A stretch of 64,000 nt of DNA from Lachnospiraceae bacterium (GTDB lineage: Bacteria; Bacillota; Clostridia; Lachnospirales; Lachnospiraceae), in the NCBI GenBank assembly GCA_045578645.1, contig JAZNKQ010000067.1, positions 8,295-72,294 of the forward strand, in the 5' to 3' direction. Each line of letters starts with the position of its first letter. Position 1 is the stretch's first letter. Made by a program: the position numbers and the translations under genes. A model generated the notes under the pieces. That model had not been told where the DNA came from, did not search any database, and saw nothing but the letters and a program-made list of their open reading frames with translations. Shown here one piece after another: positions 1-8,661 of this stretch.

Positions 1-121
1 CAGTAACAACGCCTGCTGCTGCCTGTCCGCCCATGCCGACTGCTTTAGCTGAACCGATACCTGCAAAAAGTGCTGCTGAAATTGCTCCTAATACAGCAAA
101 TGCTAATCCGAAATTTTCCAT
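1..121 (-). CDS. ntpK: V-type ATP synthase subunit K (proteolipid), N-terminal part only; the gene continues past the window start
   Basis: The reverse complement translates as MENFGLAFAVLGAISAALFAGIGSAKAVGMGGQAAAGVVT, a typical c/K-ring proteolipid N-terminus. Its ATG lies 4 nt downstream of the subunit I stop. Confidence 0.8.
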   Translation of the reverse strand, partial: MENFGLAFAVLGAISAALFAGIGSAKAVGMGGQAAAGVVT

Positions 122-125
122 AGTA

Positions 126-2126
126 TTAAATCTCCTTTATCTTGATATATTTTGTTTTGGCGGTAAAAGGATCAAACATATGTCCGCCGCCGTTAAAGAA
201 TTTACCGAAAAATTCTACATACTGTAAACGGTTTGTATGAACATAAGCGCCTAAGATGTTAATAAGGAAGTTAAGCGTATGTCCAAATACAAAAATGATG
301 GTAAACAGGATAACCTTTACAATACCGCTTCCGGGCATTGCCGCCATCTGGTTGATAACGTTACCTATGATACCTGTTGCAAGACCCAGAGCAAGGAGTC
401 TTGAATATGAGAGGATATCACTGAGATAACTTGTTATTCCGTAGAGGCCGTAGGCTCCGAGTGCCAGCTTTCCGCCGATGCTCTTTGATTCGCGTCCTCC
501 GGTAAGAAGAACTCCGAGTGCACCGATGATGGCCATCCATTTACCTGCCTCGGCAAGAGGTCCGCTTATCGGCTCTCCGCCTCCGATGATATTCATGAAT
601 GTACTGGTTGACATGAGTGTTAATGCACATCCGCAAAGCAGGACAATCCATATGATACCGTCGCAGAAGCCGCCAAAAACATCTTTATTTTTACATGCCT
701 GTATGAAATTCATGATAAGTCCGCCGAAAATATGAATCAGACCGATTACCATTGAGAAAACAAGCATTCTCATCGGATCCTCATTGGGTGAGAACCACAG
801 CGGGTCTACATTAAATTCGGTTCCGAAGAAGGTTATTGAAACGCGGTAGAAGATATCGCCGAAATAGCTTCCGAAGATAATACCCCAGAAGGTGGTCGAA
901 ATACCGCAGAACTGGAACATACGAAGGAAGTTTCTCATTCCTGATTCCATGTTCTTGTACTTAGCAAGCAATATTGTTGTTGCAATCGTAAGAATAAGTC
1001 CGTAGCCTGCATCCGAGAACATAAGACCAAAAAGCATGTAATAGAATAATGACATTGCAAAGGTCGGGTCAAGCTCGTGCTTTCCGGGCGGGCTGTAGCT
1101 CTCGGTTATGCTCTCGAGGGGACGTGCGAAGCCGTTATTGCTGAATACAATCGGCGGCTCATCCTCCTCAGAGGGGGTCTCGATAAGGACAGATATATCA
1201 TATTTTGCTTCAAGTGCGCTCTTTAAGGCCTCGGAATCACGCTCCGTAATGTATCCGGTCAGCACAAAGGTGTGTTCTGACTGAACCAGCCTGTTAATAA
1301 CGCCGTATTTCTCCTGACGCATGCTTTCATAATCACGATAGAACTTAAGGGCATCACGCTTGTACTCGAAGGATTCGATTTCATGAATTGCATTTGATAT
1401 CTCTTCGTCGAGAACCTCAAGCTGCTGCTTATATTCAGCGAGCTGCTCTGCGGGAACGCGTGAACTGCTGATTGCGGGTCTTGCAAAGCCGTTGGCACGC
1501 AAAACATCATAAAGCTTTTCAGCATATTCCTTGAGACACATGATGTAAATACCTGTTTGCTCTTTAAGCTGACTGACTGCGTATGCATCGATTGGAGCAA
1601 AATCTGCCAAAAGCTCATACAGGGCTTCCTCGGTCCAGGTTCCGGGAAGAGTTCCGATATAGACCTCGGTTGTCTTGGTACCGGAGAATCCCGGTGCTAC
1701 ATCAAGTGTGCTCCAGGGCTCAAGTCCTTCGATAAGTGTCTGTAATTTAAGCTTTTCAGCCTTGTACTCGTAAATTGATTTTGACAGCGAAACCAGTGTC
1801 TGTGCTGCTTCTAAAGTGCTTGCGCGCTTTGTGTCAAACTCTGAGTACTGCTCCGGGGAAATAATTGTTCTGCCTTCGAAGGAAGACAGTAAGCCTGTCT
1901 TTTCACGAACGTGTGTGTTGAGGATTTCAAGTGCATTTTCCGTTGTCTGAATGTTCTTGGTAAATACCGACTGGATTTCGGACAAATCATTGCGCTTGAA
2001 GATTTCATCCTCATCAATAACATCCGTTATTTCGATGACTCCTTTTCGCTGCAGCTCTTCCAAGATAGCCTTACGGTTAGCCTTCAACGCACATATACTT
2101 ATGCGTTTCATTGGTAAGACTGCCAT
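126..2126 (-). CDS. ntpI: V-type ATP synthase subunit I (membrane a-subunit homologue)
   Basis: 666-aa ORF with a soluble coiled N-terminal half and a polytopic C-terminal half. It has the V-ATPase 116-kDa/I family architecture and sits between the G/H-like subunit and subunit K, as in ntp operons. Confidence 0.9.
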   Translation of the reverse strand: MAVLPMKRISICALKANRKAILEELQRKGVIEITDVIDEDEIFKRNDLSEIQSVFTKNIQTTENALEILNTHVREKTGLLSSFEGRTIISPEQYSEFDTKRASTLEAAQTLVSLSKSIYEYKAEKLKLQTLIEGLEPWSTLDVAPGFSGTKTTEVYIGTLPGTWTEEALYELLADFAPIDAYAVSQLKEQTGIYIMCLKEYAEKLYDVLRANGFARPAISSSRVPAEQLAEYKQQLEVLDEEISNAIHEIESFEYKRDALKFYRDYESMRQEKYGVINRLVQSEHTFVLTGYITERDSEALKSALEAKYDISVLIETPSEEDEPPIVFSNNGFARPLESITESYSPPGKHELDPTFAMSLFYYMLFGLMFSDAGYGLILTIATTILLAKYKNMESGMRNFLRMFQFCGISTTFWGIIFGSYFGDIFYRVSITFFGTEFNVDPLWFSPNEDPMRMLVFSMVIGLIHIFGGLIMNFIQACKNKDVFGGFCDGIIWIVLLCGCALTLMSTSTFMNIIGGGEPISGPLAEAGKWMAIIGALGVLLTGGRESKSIGGKLALGAYGLYGITSYLSDILSYSRLLALGLATGIIGNVINQMAAMPGSGIVKVILFTIIFVFGHTLNFLINILGAYVHTNRLQYVEFFGKFFNGGGHMFDPFTAKTKYIKIKEI

Positions 2127-2252
2127 ATTTTATTCCTCCATTCCGAAGCGTAGGTTCTGACAAAACCGGAGATTTTGTACAGTATCTGCGCACATATATG
2201 ACGCTTCGGCATACATATGCTGTTGATAATCGACTGCTTATACAGAACAAGG

Positions 2253-2567
2253 TTAAACGGAAACCAGCTCTTCAATGATAAGCTTAACCGCCTCGGCTTT
2301 TTTAGCTTCAGCTTTGCTTTTGAGTGTGGCGATTTCCTTTTCCGCCTGCTGTCGGGCAGCTTGAATCTTTTTCTCGTTTTGCGCTTCAAGTTCGGCAAGA
2401 GCGGCCTTTTCAGAATCAGCAGCTGCCAAAGCGGTTGCCTCCTTCTTGGCAAGAGCGTCTGCTTTTGCTTTCTGAAGCATTTCTTCTCGTTTGGCCGATG
2501 CTTCCTTTATTCGTGAAGCTGCTTCGGCTTCTGCCTGCCTAACGGCCTGAATTGCTTCCTGCGCCAT
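2253..2567 (-). CDS. V-type ATPase small coiled-coil stator subunit (G/H-like, at the NtpF position)
   Basis: 104-aa Ala/Glu/Lys-rich predicted coiled coil (MAQEAIQAVRQAEAEAASRIKEA...). A GGAGGTG SD lies 6 nt upstream of the ATG at 2567, and it is the first gene upstream of ntpI. Confidence 0.6.
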   Translation of the reverse strand: MAQEAIQAVRQAEAEAASRIKEASAKREEMLQKAKADALAKKEATALAAADSEKAALAELEAQNEKKIQAARQQAEKEIATLKSKAEAKKAEAVKLIIEELVSV

Positions 2568-2784
2568 AAAATTCACCTCCTGTATTCTGATAAATATCTG
2601 CAGCCGAAAAAAATCTACGGTTACACATATACTTCAATATTATACAATAAGCCGCCTGTTTCTTCAACTCTTTTAGTTGAAAAGTATTAAAGTTGCGGAC
2701 AATTAAAGGAAGCTGTAAGTTTATTGCCGTAAATTTTGGAAAAACTGTAGAAAAGATGTGAAATTTTGGATGGAGGATGTTGAA

Positions 2785-3306
2785 ATGAAGCGTATAAAAT
2801 ACACCATAACACTTATTCTGATAGCTGCAGTTCTGTTCCTTCCGGGATTACATGACAGGGGCTCGGAAAATGATATCGCACAGGTTTTTCTGAATGAAAG
2901 TGCAGATGGGGAGAACGCGGAAAAAAGCGTTCTGGAGCAGGCGGTAAGACTGCCGCACAGTGTACTTACGACGGTAGAAATGAGACAGCTTGTTGGAGAG
3001 CTGGCGGCTGACATCGGCATAAAAAACGAGGCTGAGCTTGAAGTTGTTGAAGAGGAGGGTAAATACTCCGTTACGCTGAGAAAAAATGCAAAGCGTGCGA
3101 GGACGGCAATCAAGCTGATAAGCATTAATGAGGATAACTATATTTTCTTCAGACTGGAGCTGACGGATGATAATAACCGTGAAATACTTGATTACCGTGA
3201 GCAGCTGCGCGATTTGGCAGAGGAGCTGGGTGCGTATGAAATAAGCTGCAGCATAGAGATAAGCAGGGCAGGGGAAGCGTACAGCTATGTGTACGGCAGG
3301 GAATAG
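2785..3306 (+). CDS. hypothetical signal-anchored protein (possibly YwmB/DUF1779-like)
   Basis: ORF with a GGAGG SD 9 nt upstream of the MKRIKYTITLILIAAVLF start and an N-terminal hydrophobic segment. The family assignment is from memory only. Confidence 0.4.
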   Translation: MKRIKYTITLILIAAVLFLPGLHDRGSENDIAQVFLNESADGENAEKSVLEQAVRLPHSVLTTVEMRQLVGELAADIGIKNEAELEVVEEEGKYSVTLRKNAKRARTAIKLISINEDNYIFFRLELTDDNNREILDYREQLRDLAEELGAYEISCSIEISRAGEAYSYVYGRE

Positions 3307-3360
3307 ACAAGATGCGGAGTATACCGGCGGGACGGATGGAAAAAGCTCCGGATATGGCAA

Positions 3361-3398
3361 AAGCCGCGAAAACAGCAGAGAGCCTGTTTTTGCGGCTT
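3361..3398. terminator. bidirectional intrinsic terminator between convergent genes
   Basis: AAGCCGCGAAAACAG / CTGTTTTTGCGGCTT inverted repeat with flanking T/A runs. Confidence 0.6.
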
Positions 3399-3415
3399 AA
3401 TTCTTTTATTTGCTG

Positions 3416-4291
3416 TTAGTACTTCTGCGCCGGAGCATAGAATTCAAAAATGACAGCATCGTTTTTCTCTTCAAGACGCTTAATATTATCACCCGGTCTT
3501 ACGGTCCAGACAAATTTCATGGCACCCATTGACTCGCAGAGCTTTACGGTAAAGCACTTTCCTTCCTTGTGGTAGGACGTAAAATGGGGTCTGGCGATTA
3601 CATTGGTAAGCAGGTGGGATAAAGCAAAGGCTACGGGACCAGAAAGTACTCCCTTGAAATCCGATGAGGGAGCGGACAGCTGGCCGCGGAGTATGTCGGG
3701 AGCGTTTTTCTTAAACCAGCCTACAATAAAGGGGCTGAAGCTTTCTATACAGTAAAGTCCCTTGTAGCTGCGCAGAAGCTCAAGTGTCTTTTGGCACAGA
3801 AGCGGGTTTTTCGGACCGTTTTTAAGCTCTACAAGGAGGGGAACTCTTCCGTCGACAGCTGCAAGAACCTCTGTGAAAAGAGGAATCTGTTCTTCCGTAC
3901 CGCAGAGGCGGAATTCCTTAAGCTCGTCATAGGTATAAAAATCTACCCTGTTGTCGATCCCGCAGACTCTGTTGAGAGTATCATCGTGGAAGACAACAAT
4001 CTGCTCGTCCTTTGTCAGCTGTAAATCAAGCTCAATTCCGTAACCGGCCTCAGTTGCGGCACGGAATGCGGCAAGAGAATTTTCGGGAATTTTCTTATCG
4101 GGGCTGTGGAGTCCGCGATGAGCAAGATTAAGATGATGAAACTTCCTGCGAAGCTCGTCGGCACCACGTCCGGGAGCAATAAGGAACAGTGTAATAAGGA
4201 ACAATACAAGAGCGATAAACAGCAGTACCGCTATAACTGAAATAATACTCGAGACCACGCCGGACCCGGGAAAAGAAAATAGGAAATTCAT
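3416..4291 (-). CDS. membrane-anchored glycerophosphodiester phosphodiesterase (GDPD family)
   Basis: Contains HRGLHSPDKKIPENSLAAFRAATEAGYGIELDLQLTKDEQIVVFHDDTLNRV, the GDPD catalytic signature, plus an N-terminal TM helix. The start at MNFLF is chosen because GGAG lies 6 nt upstream. Confidence 0.85.
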   Translation of the reverse strand: MNFLFSFPGSGVVSSIISVIAVLLFIALVLFLITLFLIAPGRGADELRRKFHHLNLAHRGLHSPDKKIPENSLAAFRAATEAGYGIELDLQLTKDEQIVVFHDDTLNRVCGIDNRVDFYTYDELKEFRLCGTEEQIPLFTEVLAAVDGRVPLLVELKNGPKNPLLCQKTLELLRSYKGLYCIESFSPFIVGWFKKNAPDILRGQLSAPSSDFKGVLSGPVAFALSHLLTNVIARPHFTSYHKEGKCFTVKLCESMGAMKFVWTVRPGDNIKRLEEKNDAVIFEFYAPAQKY

Positions 4292-4303
4292 ACTATGCTC
4301 CAT

Positions 4304-4402
4304 TTCTGAGCGACCTGTCGCGAGGAATATCATAATGGCTATTTGCTTTCGCTCAGAAACAAATAGCCGTGTGAAAAAGCATATTTATATGATTTTTCGC
4401 AC
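4304..4402 (-). repeat. conserved ~100-nt structured leader element, copy A (in the 5' UTR of the GDPD gene)
   Basis: The reverse complement aligns with copies at 45034-45130 and 48605-48700. The 35-mer GGCTATTTGTTTCTGAGCGAAAGCAAATAGCCATT is identical to copy B. Hairpin 1 has 2 mismatches here. Confidence 0.85.
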
Positions 4403-4441
4403 TATGCCTCCGATTTTAATCACTGCCATACGGCAGAAGAA

Positions 4442-4469
4442 ATTATAGCACAGGCAGATAAAAAATCAA
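4442..4469 (-). promoter_or_regulatory. sigma-A type promoter for the GDPD gene
   Basis: On the minus strand: TTGATT, a 16-nt spacer, then TATAAT. This places the repeat element inside the transcribed leader. Confidence 0.55.
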
Positions 4470-4551
4470 TATAAGCAGCTTCTTTTTATGTAATAAACCA
4501 CGGTCTGCATCGCATATACTGCTATAAAAAACATGCTTGAAAGGGGAAGCT

Positions 4552-6129
4552 ATGAATCTGATAAAGAAAAATATTCATATGAATAAATGCAGGTGCAGAC
4601 AGAGCATGCAGTTTACCGTTGACAGTGATTGCAATATCAGTGATTCCAAGCCGGATGCGGCTGAGCTGATAACCGCTTCCGGAGAACTGAGACTTGGTGA
4701 GCAGAAACTCGTAAATGACAAGCTGTATATTAAAGGGGTGCTGTGCTATACGGTTTTATATGCTTCGGAAGAGGGCGGAGCGGCGCTGCAGAGTATGTAC
4801 GGCGAAATCCCGTTTGATGAGGTTATGAATATTGACGGGTGTAACGGTGGCGAAAGTCTTATGATTAATAAATATATCGAGGATATATCCGCCATGCTGA
4901 TTCATTCAAGGAAGGTGAATATAAAGGCTGTTATTGCCCTTGAGGCGCTTGCCGAGGAGCTTTGTGATGAGGAGGCGGCTGTTTCCGTCACGGAGGAGGC
5001 AGCAGGAGTGCAGCTGCTTACCGACACGGTTACAATCAGCAGTATGGCGGTGGATGCGCGGGATTCGCACCGAATAAGGGAAAGTATTGTACTTCCGAAT
5101 GACCGGCCGGATATGAATGAGATAATATATCGTGATATTGCCATGCGCGGCTGTGAGGTACGTGCGGGTGATGATAAGCTTGGCATCAAGGCGGAGCTTA
5201 ATGTGTTTTTCGTTTATATCGGTGCGGGGAGCGAGGCGCCGATAGGATTCTATGAAACAGACATCCCCGTAAATATATCCTTGGAATGCATGGGCTGCTC
5301 GGAGAATATGATTCCCTTTGTTGCCGTCGAGCTGGCGAAGACGGAGCTTAGTATCCGCCCCGATGAAGACGGAGAAGAGCGGGTTGCTGAGCTTGAGGCG
5401 GTATTTGATGTGAAAATACGGGCTTATGAGGAAACCGAAACGGAGATTATCCGGGACCTGTACGGCACAAAAAGCTGTCTGACCCCTGTATACAGCGATG
5501 CCGTTTATGAGAATCTTCTTATGCGAAACAGCACAAAGCTCTGGATAAGCGGAACGGAAAGGCTGCCCGCCGAAGCGGCTCCCCCTATGCGGATTTGTCA
5601 TGCGGGAGGAGAGGTAAGACTTGATAATACATATATTGTGTCAGGTGATGCAGAGGAAGGAATTGCGGCGGAGGGAGCCGTAACGGTAACGGTTTTTTAC
5701 GTAACGGGAGATGACAAAAGTCCGATACGTGCGGTTAAGACGGATATTCCCTTCAGCCGTGTTATTGACGTAAGGGGAATCAGACCGGATTCGTGCTACA
5801 ATATTATTACGGGAATTGACCAGATAAATGTGATTATGTCAGACAGCACGGAGCTTGAGATAAAGGCGGGTGTAACTCTTAATACAATTGCCTTTGCAAG
5901 TACACATGAAAGCTTTATTACGGATTGTCGTGAGGAGGAGTTGGATATTGCGGAGCTGAGAAGCAGACCCGCCATGACGGGATATGTTGTTGCTGAGAAT
6001 GATACTCTGTGGGATATAGCGAAGCGCTTCCGGACGACAGGCGAGGACATAGCAGAGCTGAATGAGCTTACGGGAGAGCCGGCAGTAGGAGACAGACTGC
6101 TGATAATACGTGAGCTTGGATTAGAGTAA
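4552..6129 (+). CDS. SipL/SpoVID-like spore coat morphogenetic protein (SPOCS/DUF3794-type repeats with a C-terminal LysM)
   Basis: C-terminal LysM motif (YVVAENDTLWDIAKRFRTTGEDIAELNELTG...GDRLLI). The length and architecture resemble clostridial SipL as I recall it. An AAGGGGAAG SD precedes the ATG at 4552. Confidence 0.55.
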   Translation: MNLIKKNIHMNKCRCRQSMQFTVDSDCNISDSKPDAAELITASGELRLGEQKLVNDKLYIKGVLCYTVLYASEEGGAALQSMYGEIPFDEVMNIDGCNGGESLMINKYIEDISAMLIHSRKVNIKAVIALEALAEELCDEEAAVSVTEEAAGVQLLTDTVTISSMAVDARDSHRIRESIVLPNDRPDMNEIIYRDIAMRGCEVRAGDDKLGIKAELNVFFVYIGAGSEAPIGFYETDIPVNISLECMGCSENMIPFVAVELAKTELSIRPDEDGEERVAELEAVFDVKIRAYEETETEIIRDLYGTKSCLTPVYSDAVYENLLMRNSTKLWISGTERLPAEAAPPMRICHAGGEVRLDNTYIVSGDAEEGIAAEGAVTVTVFYVTGDDKSPIRAVKTDIPFSRVIDVRGIRPDSCYNIITGIDQINVIMSDSTELEIKAGVTLNTIAFASTHESFITDCREEELDIAELRSRPAMTGYVVAENDTLWDIAKRFRTTGEDIAELNELTGEPAVGDRLLIIRELGLE

Positions 6130-6140
6130 AGGGCTAAATC

Positions 6141-6166
6141 AAAAAACCGCTTTTTAGCGGTTTTTT
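6141..6166. terminator. bidirectional intrinsic terminator
   Basis: AAAAAACCGCTTTTTAGCGGTTTTTT: a 7-bp stem flanked by an A-run and a T-run, between convergent genes. Confidence 0.8.
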
Positions 6167-6187
6167 GTATGGCAGGAATATGAAGCG

Positions 6188-6745
6188 CTAAACCGGCGGC
6201 ATGACACGGTTCATTCCGCGGTAAAACGGCTCGTAGTAAGGAGGTGTATTGTAGCCTCTTTTGCTGCGCCGTCTGTATATTTCATTATAGAAAATAACCT
6301 GAATAAGACACATCACCCAGGGGCGGTCGGCAGTATACTGCTCATCGGGGTATTCACACTGCGCCTCGGTTTCCTCGCAGGGGCGCATTATGTTCATGAG
6401 CTGTTCCCTGAGCCGGCTGTAAATCATGTCCGTATGGCGCAGGAGCAGCTCTTTGTCAGGATATACGTCATAAATAATTCCGCCCTCGTAGTCAAGACGG
6501 TCTGCCTCGTTTTCGGCCTCACGCTGAATGAGCGCAGCGGCAGCAGGATACATTCTGTAAATATATCCGTAATCGCTGTACATACGGTTCATGGGCATAT
6601 AAGGACTGAGAGTCGGCTCGCCGACATAGCCGGGAGCATTTGCCGCAGGCATTCCGGAGGGATAAACCGGATTATTAAGCTCCGGATACGGCGTGAAATA
6701 CTGATAATCATTGTAGAATGAAGGATTTCGGTAATTATCCTGCAT
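6188..6745 (-). CDS. hypothetical protein with a Tyr/Pro/Asn-rich N-terminus
   Basis: 185-aa ORF with a GGAG SD upstream of the MQDNYRNPSFYNDYQYF start. I recognise no family. Confidence 0.4.
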   Translation of the reverse strand: MQDNYRNPSFYNDYQYFTPYPELNNPVYPSGMPAANAPGYVGEPTLSPYMPMNRMYSDYGYIYRMYPAAAALIQREAENEADRLDYEGGIIYDVYPDKELLLRHTDMIYSRLREQLMNIMRPCEETEAQCEYPDEQYTADRPWVMCLIQVIFYNEIYRRRSKRGYNTPPYYEPFYRGMNRVMPPV

Positions 6746-6863
6746 ATTAATCTCCATAAGCTTATGTAAGCATTATATGCAGGGAATCAGATTGCGTGAA
6801 CTATTGACTGACAATCCGTGATGCTGTAATTTATAGTAAAAGAACACGGGCGGGAGGGGACAC

Positions 6864-8645
6864 ATGAAAAAGAACGGTCATACAATCAACTACAGAATAG
6901 CAATGTGTTTTCTTGTTTCGTTTTTCATTTTGGGCGGAATGATAGTATATCACTATATTACATTCAGAAATACCCGTCTGGAGGAGCTTTATACCGTTTT
7001 CTCATGGGACGGTAATTATATACAGACAGAGCTGCAGCGTACGGTTGAAACGATTGAAGACACGGCACAGACCGCGGGCTACACAACGGCAATGCAGAAG
7101 ACCTTGTTTGCGGATGCCGCATCAGAGAAAATATCGCATATTAATACTGCAAGAGAGCTCATCAGCACATCAAAGGATAAAAGTGATTATATAGTTGATT
7201 TGTTCTATTTTTCAAACAGCAGCCATATCTATACCCAGTCCGCATATAACCGGCATTTCCGTGCCGATATGGAGCAGCATGGCTTTGATAAGGATACGGA
7301 CATTAGTAATCCGTTTTTTTCGGATACCGTAATCTCAGAACATAATGCACGTTTCTTTCTGTACTATATTCCGATTTACAGAACCGCGGCAGGTATTGCC
7401 TATGACACGCGTAATAAGGGAATCTGTGCGGTTTTGTGCAATTTTGCAAAGCTTCTTCCGAATTCGGAGGAGATTCTGAAGGGTGATTATGCTACCTATC
7501 TTCTTTATGATGAGCACATAATAAGTCTTAATTCCGCTGCATCGGAGCTTGGTACCGGGCTCGCGTTAAGGGTTGGTGACGGCTCCGGTACGATTACCGA
7601 TAATGAGGAAGAATATTATTACTATTCGGTTGCGGACTCGCCGGTTGATGAACGCTGGAGGGTTGTCTGCCTTGCCAATAAAGAGGTTATCGGAATTGAC
7701 AGCTATATTGTCGACAGCCGTTTCTATATGCTGGTCGTAGCCGGAAGTCTTTTCTTTATCATAATGCTCTTGTACCTAAGCCGTGATTTCACGAAGGCGG
7801 TAAAGAATATGATTAACGATCTTAACTCTATGCAGAACAGCTCGGATGACAGGAGAATTACCGTTCCGAAGGTCAGGGAATTAAAGACGATAGCAGAGCA
7901 GATTAATGATATGATTGACCGTATAAAGGAATCTGACCTTAAGGAGCAGCAGGTAAGGGAGCAGCTTTATTCGGCGGTAATTGCGCAGCAGAATGCGGAG
8001 ATGATGGCATACAGGAGTCAGATAAATCCTCATTTTCTGTTTAATACACTGGAATGCATCAGAAGCATGGCGCAGGAATATAATGCAGAGCTTATTGAAG
8101 ATATGGTCGGTGCGATGTCAAAAATGTTTGAGTATTCACTTTATTCGCGAAAGGTGGTTCCCTTTGCGAAGGAGCTTGATATGCTGGAGCAGTATTTCTT
8201 TATTACCTCGGTGAGATTTCCGGAGCGTTATGTGCTCGAGAAGGAAATTGCCGAAAATACGCTTGATTTCCATGTTCCGTCAATGATTGTGCAGCCTCTG
8301 GTGGAGAATTGCATTAAGCATGCTTTCAGAAAGAGAAGGCCGGGAAACAGAAATATTATAAAAATCAATGCGGAAATAACCGCAGACGGATTGCTGAAGA
8401 TATCGGTTACCGATAACGGATGCGGTATGACCGGAGAAGAGCTGGAGGCCCTTAAGGCAAGAAATATGGGGCTTTCCGACAACAACGATACGGCTGAGGA
8501 GAGTATCGGAATACATAATATATTCAAGCGGATTAAGCTTTTTAGCGCAGATAACCGGATGGAGTACTATTCCGAGCCGGGTAAGTACACCCGCGTTGAG
8601 CTTTATATGAACCCGATTGTGATTGACGTTCCCGACGGGGTGTAG
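6864..8645 (+). CDS. sensor histidine kinase, YesM/LytS-type (His_kinase plus HATPase_c)
   Basis: Two TM segments flank an extracellular domain, followed by a HAMP-like linker, the motif QINPHFLFNTLECIRSMA and an ATPase domain with DNGCGM. Confidence 0.85.
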   Translation: MKKNGHTINYRIAMCFLVSFFILGGMIVYHYITFRNTRLEELYTVFSWDGNYIQTELQRTVETIEDTAQTAGYTTAMQKTLFADAASEKISHINTARELISTSKDKSDYIVDLFYFSNSSHIYTQSAYNRHFRADMEQHGFDKDTDISNPFFSDTVISEHNARFFLYYIPIYRTAAGIAYDTRNKGICAVLCNFAKLLPNSEEILKGDYATYLLYDEHIISLNSAASELGTGLALRVGDGSGTITDNEEEYYYYSVADSPVDERWRVVCLANKEVIGIDSYIVDSRFYMLVVAGSLFFIIMLLYLSRDFTKAVKNMINDLNSMQNSSDDRRITVPKVRELKTIAEQINDMIDRIKESDLKEQQVREQLYSAVIAQQNAEMMAYRSQINPHFLFNTLECIRSMAQEYNAELIEDMVGAMSKMFEYSLYSRKVVPFAKELDMLEQYFFITSVRFPERYVLEKEIAENTLDFHVPSMIVQPLVENCIKHAFRKRRPGNRNIIKINAEITADGLLKISVTDNGCGMTGEELEALKARNMGLSDNNDTAEESIGIHNIFKRIKLFSADNRMEYYSEPGKYTRVELYMNPIVIDVPDGV

Positions 8646-8661
8646 TCTCTGCGCCCGGGAA

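Noticed and set aside
2142-2209. A 9-bp inverted repeat (CCGAAGCGT ... ACGCTTCGG) in the spacer between the V-ATPase G/H-like and I subunit genes.
   Set aside because: It is a single long-range pairing with a ~50-nt loop inside an operon. It could be an mRNA stability element, but there is no supporting evidence, so it is too weak to report.
4304-4402. Reading the three repeats as a MITE or IS remnant.
   Set aside because: There is no transposase, no terminal inverted repeats bounding the unit and no target-site duplication. All copies share the same orientation and distance relative to a start codon. A full-genome copy census is still needed before this can be fully excluded.
4906-5601. A 231-aa minus-strand ORF (plus the 95-aa ORF at 4902-5189).
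   Set aside because: Both are antisense shadows inside the SipL-like gene, with no SD and no recognisable motifs.
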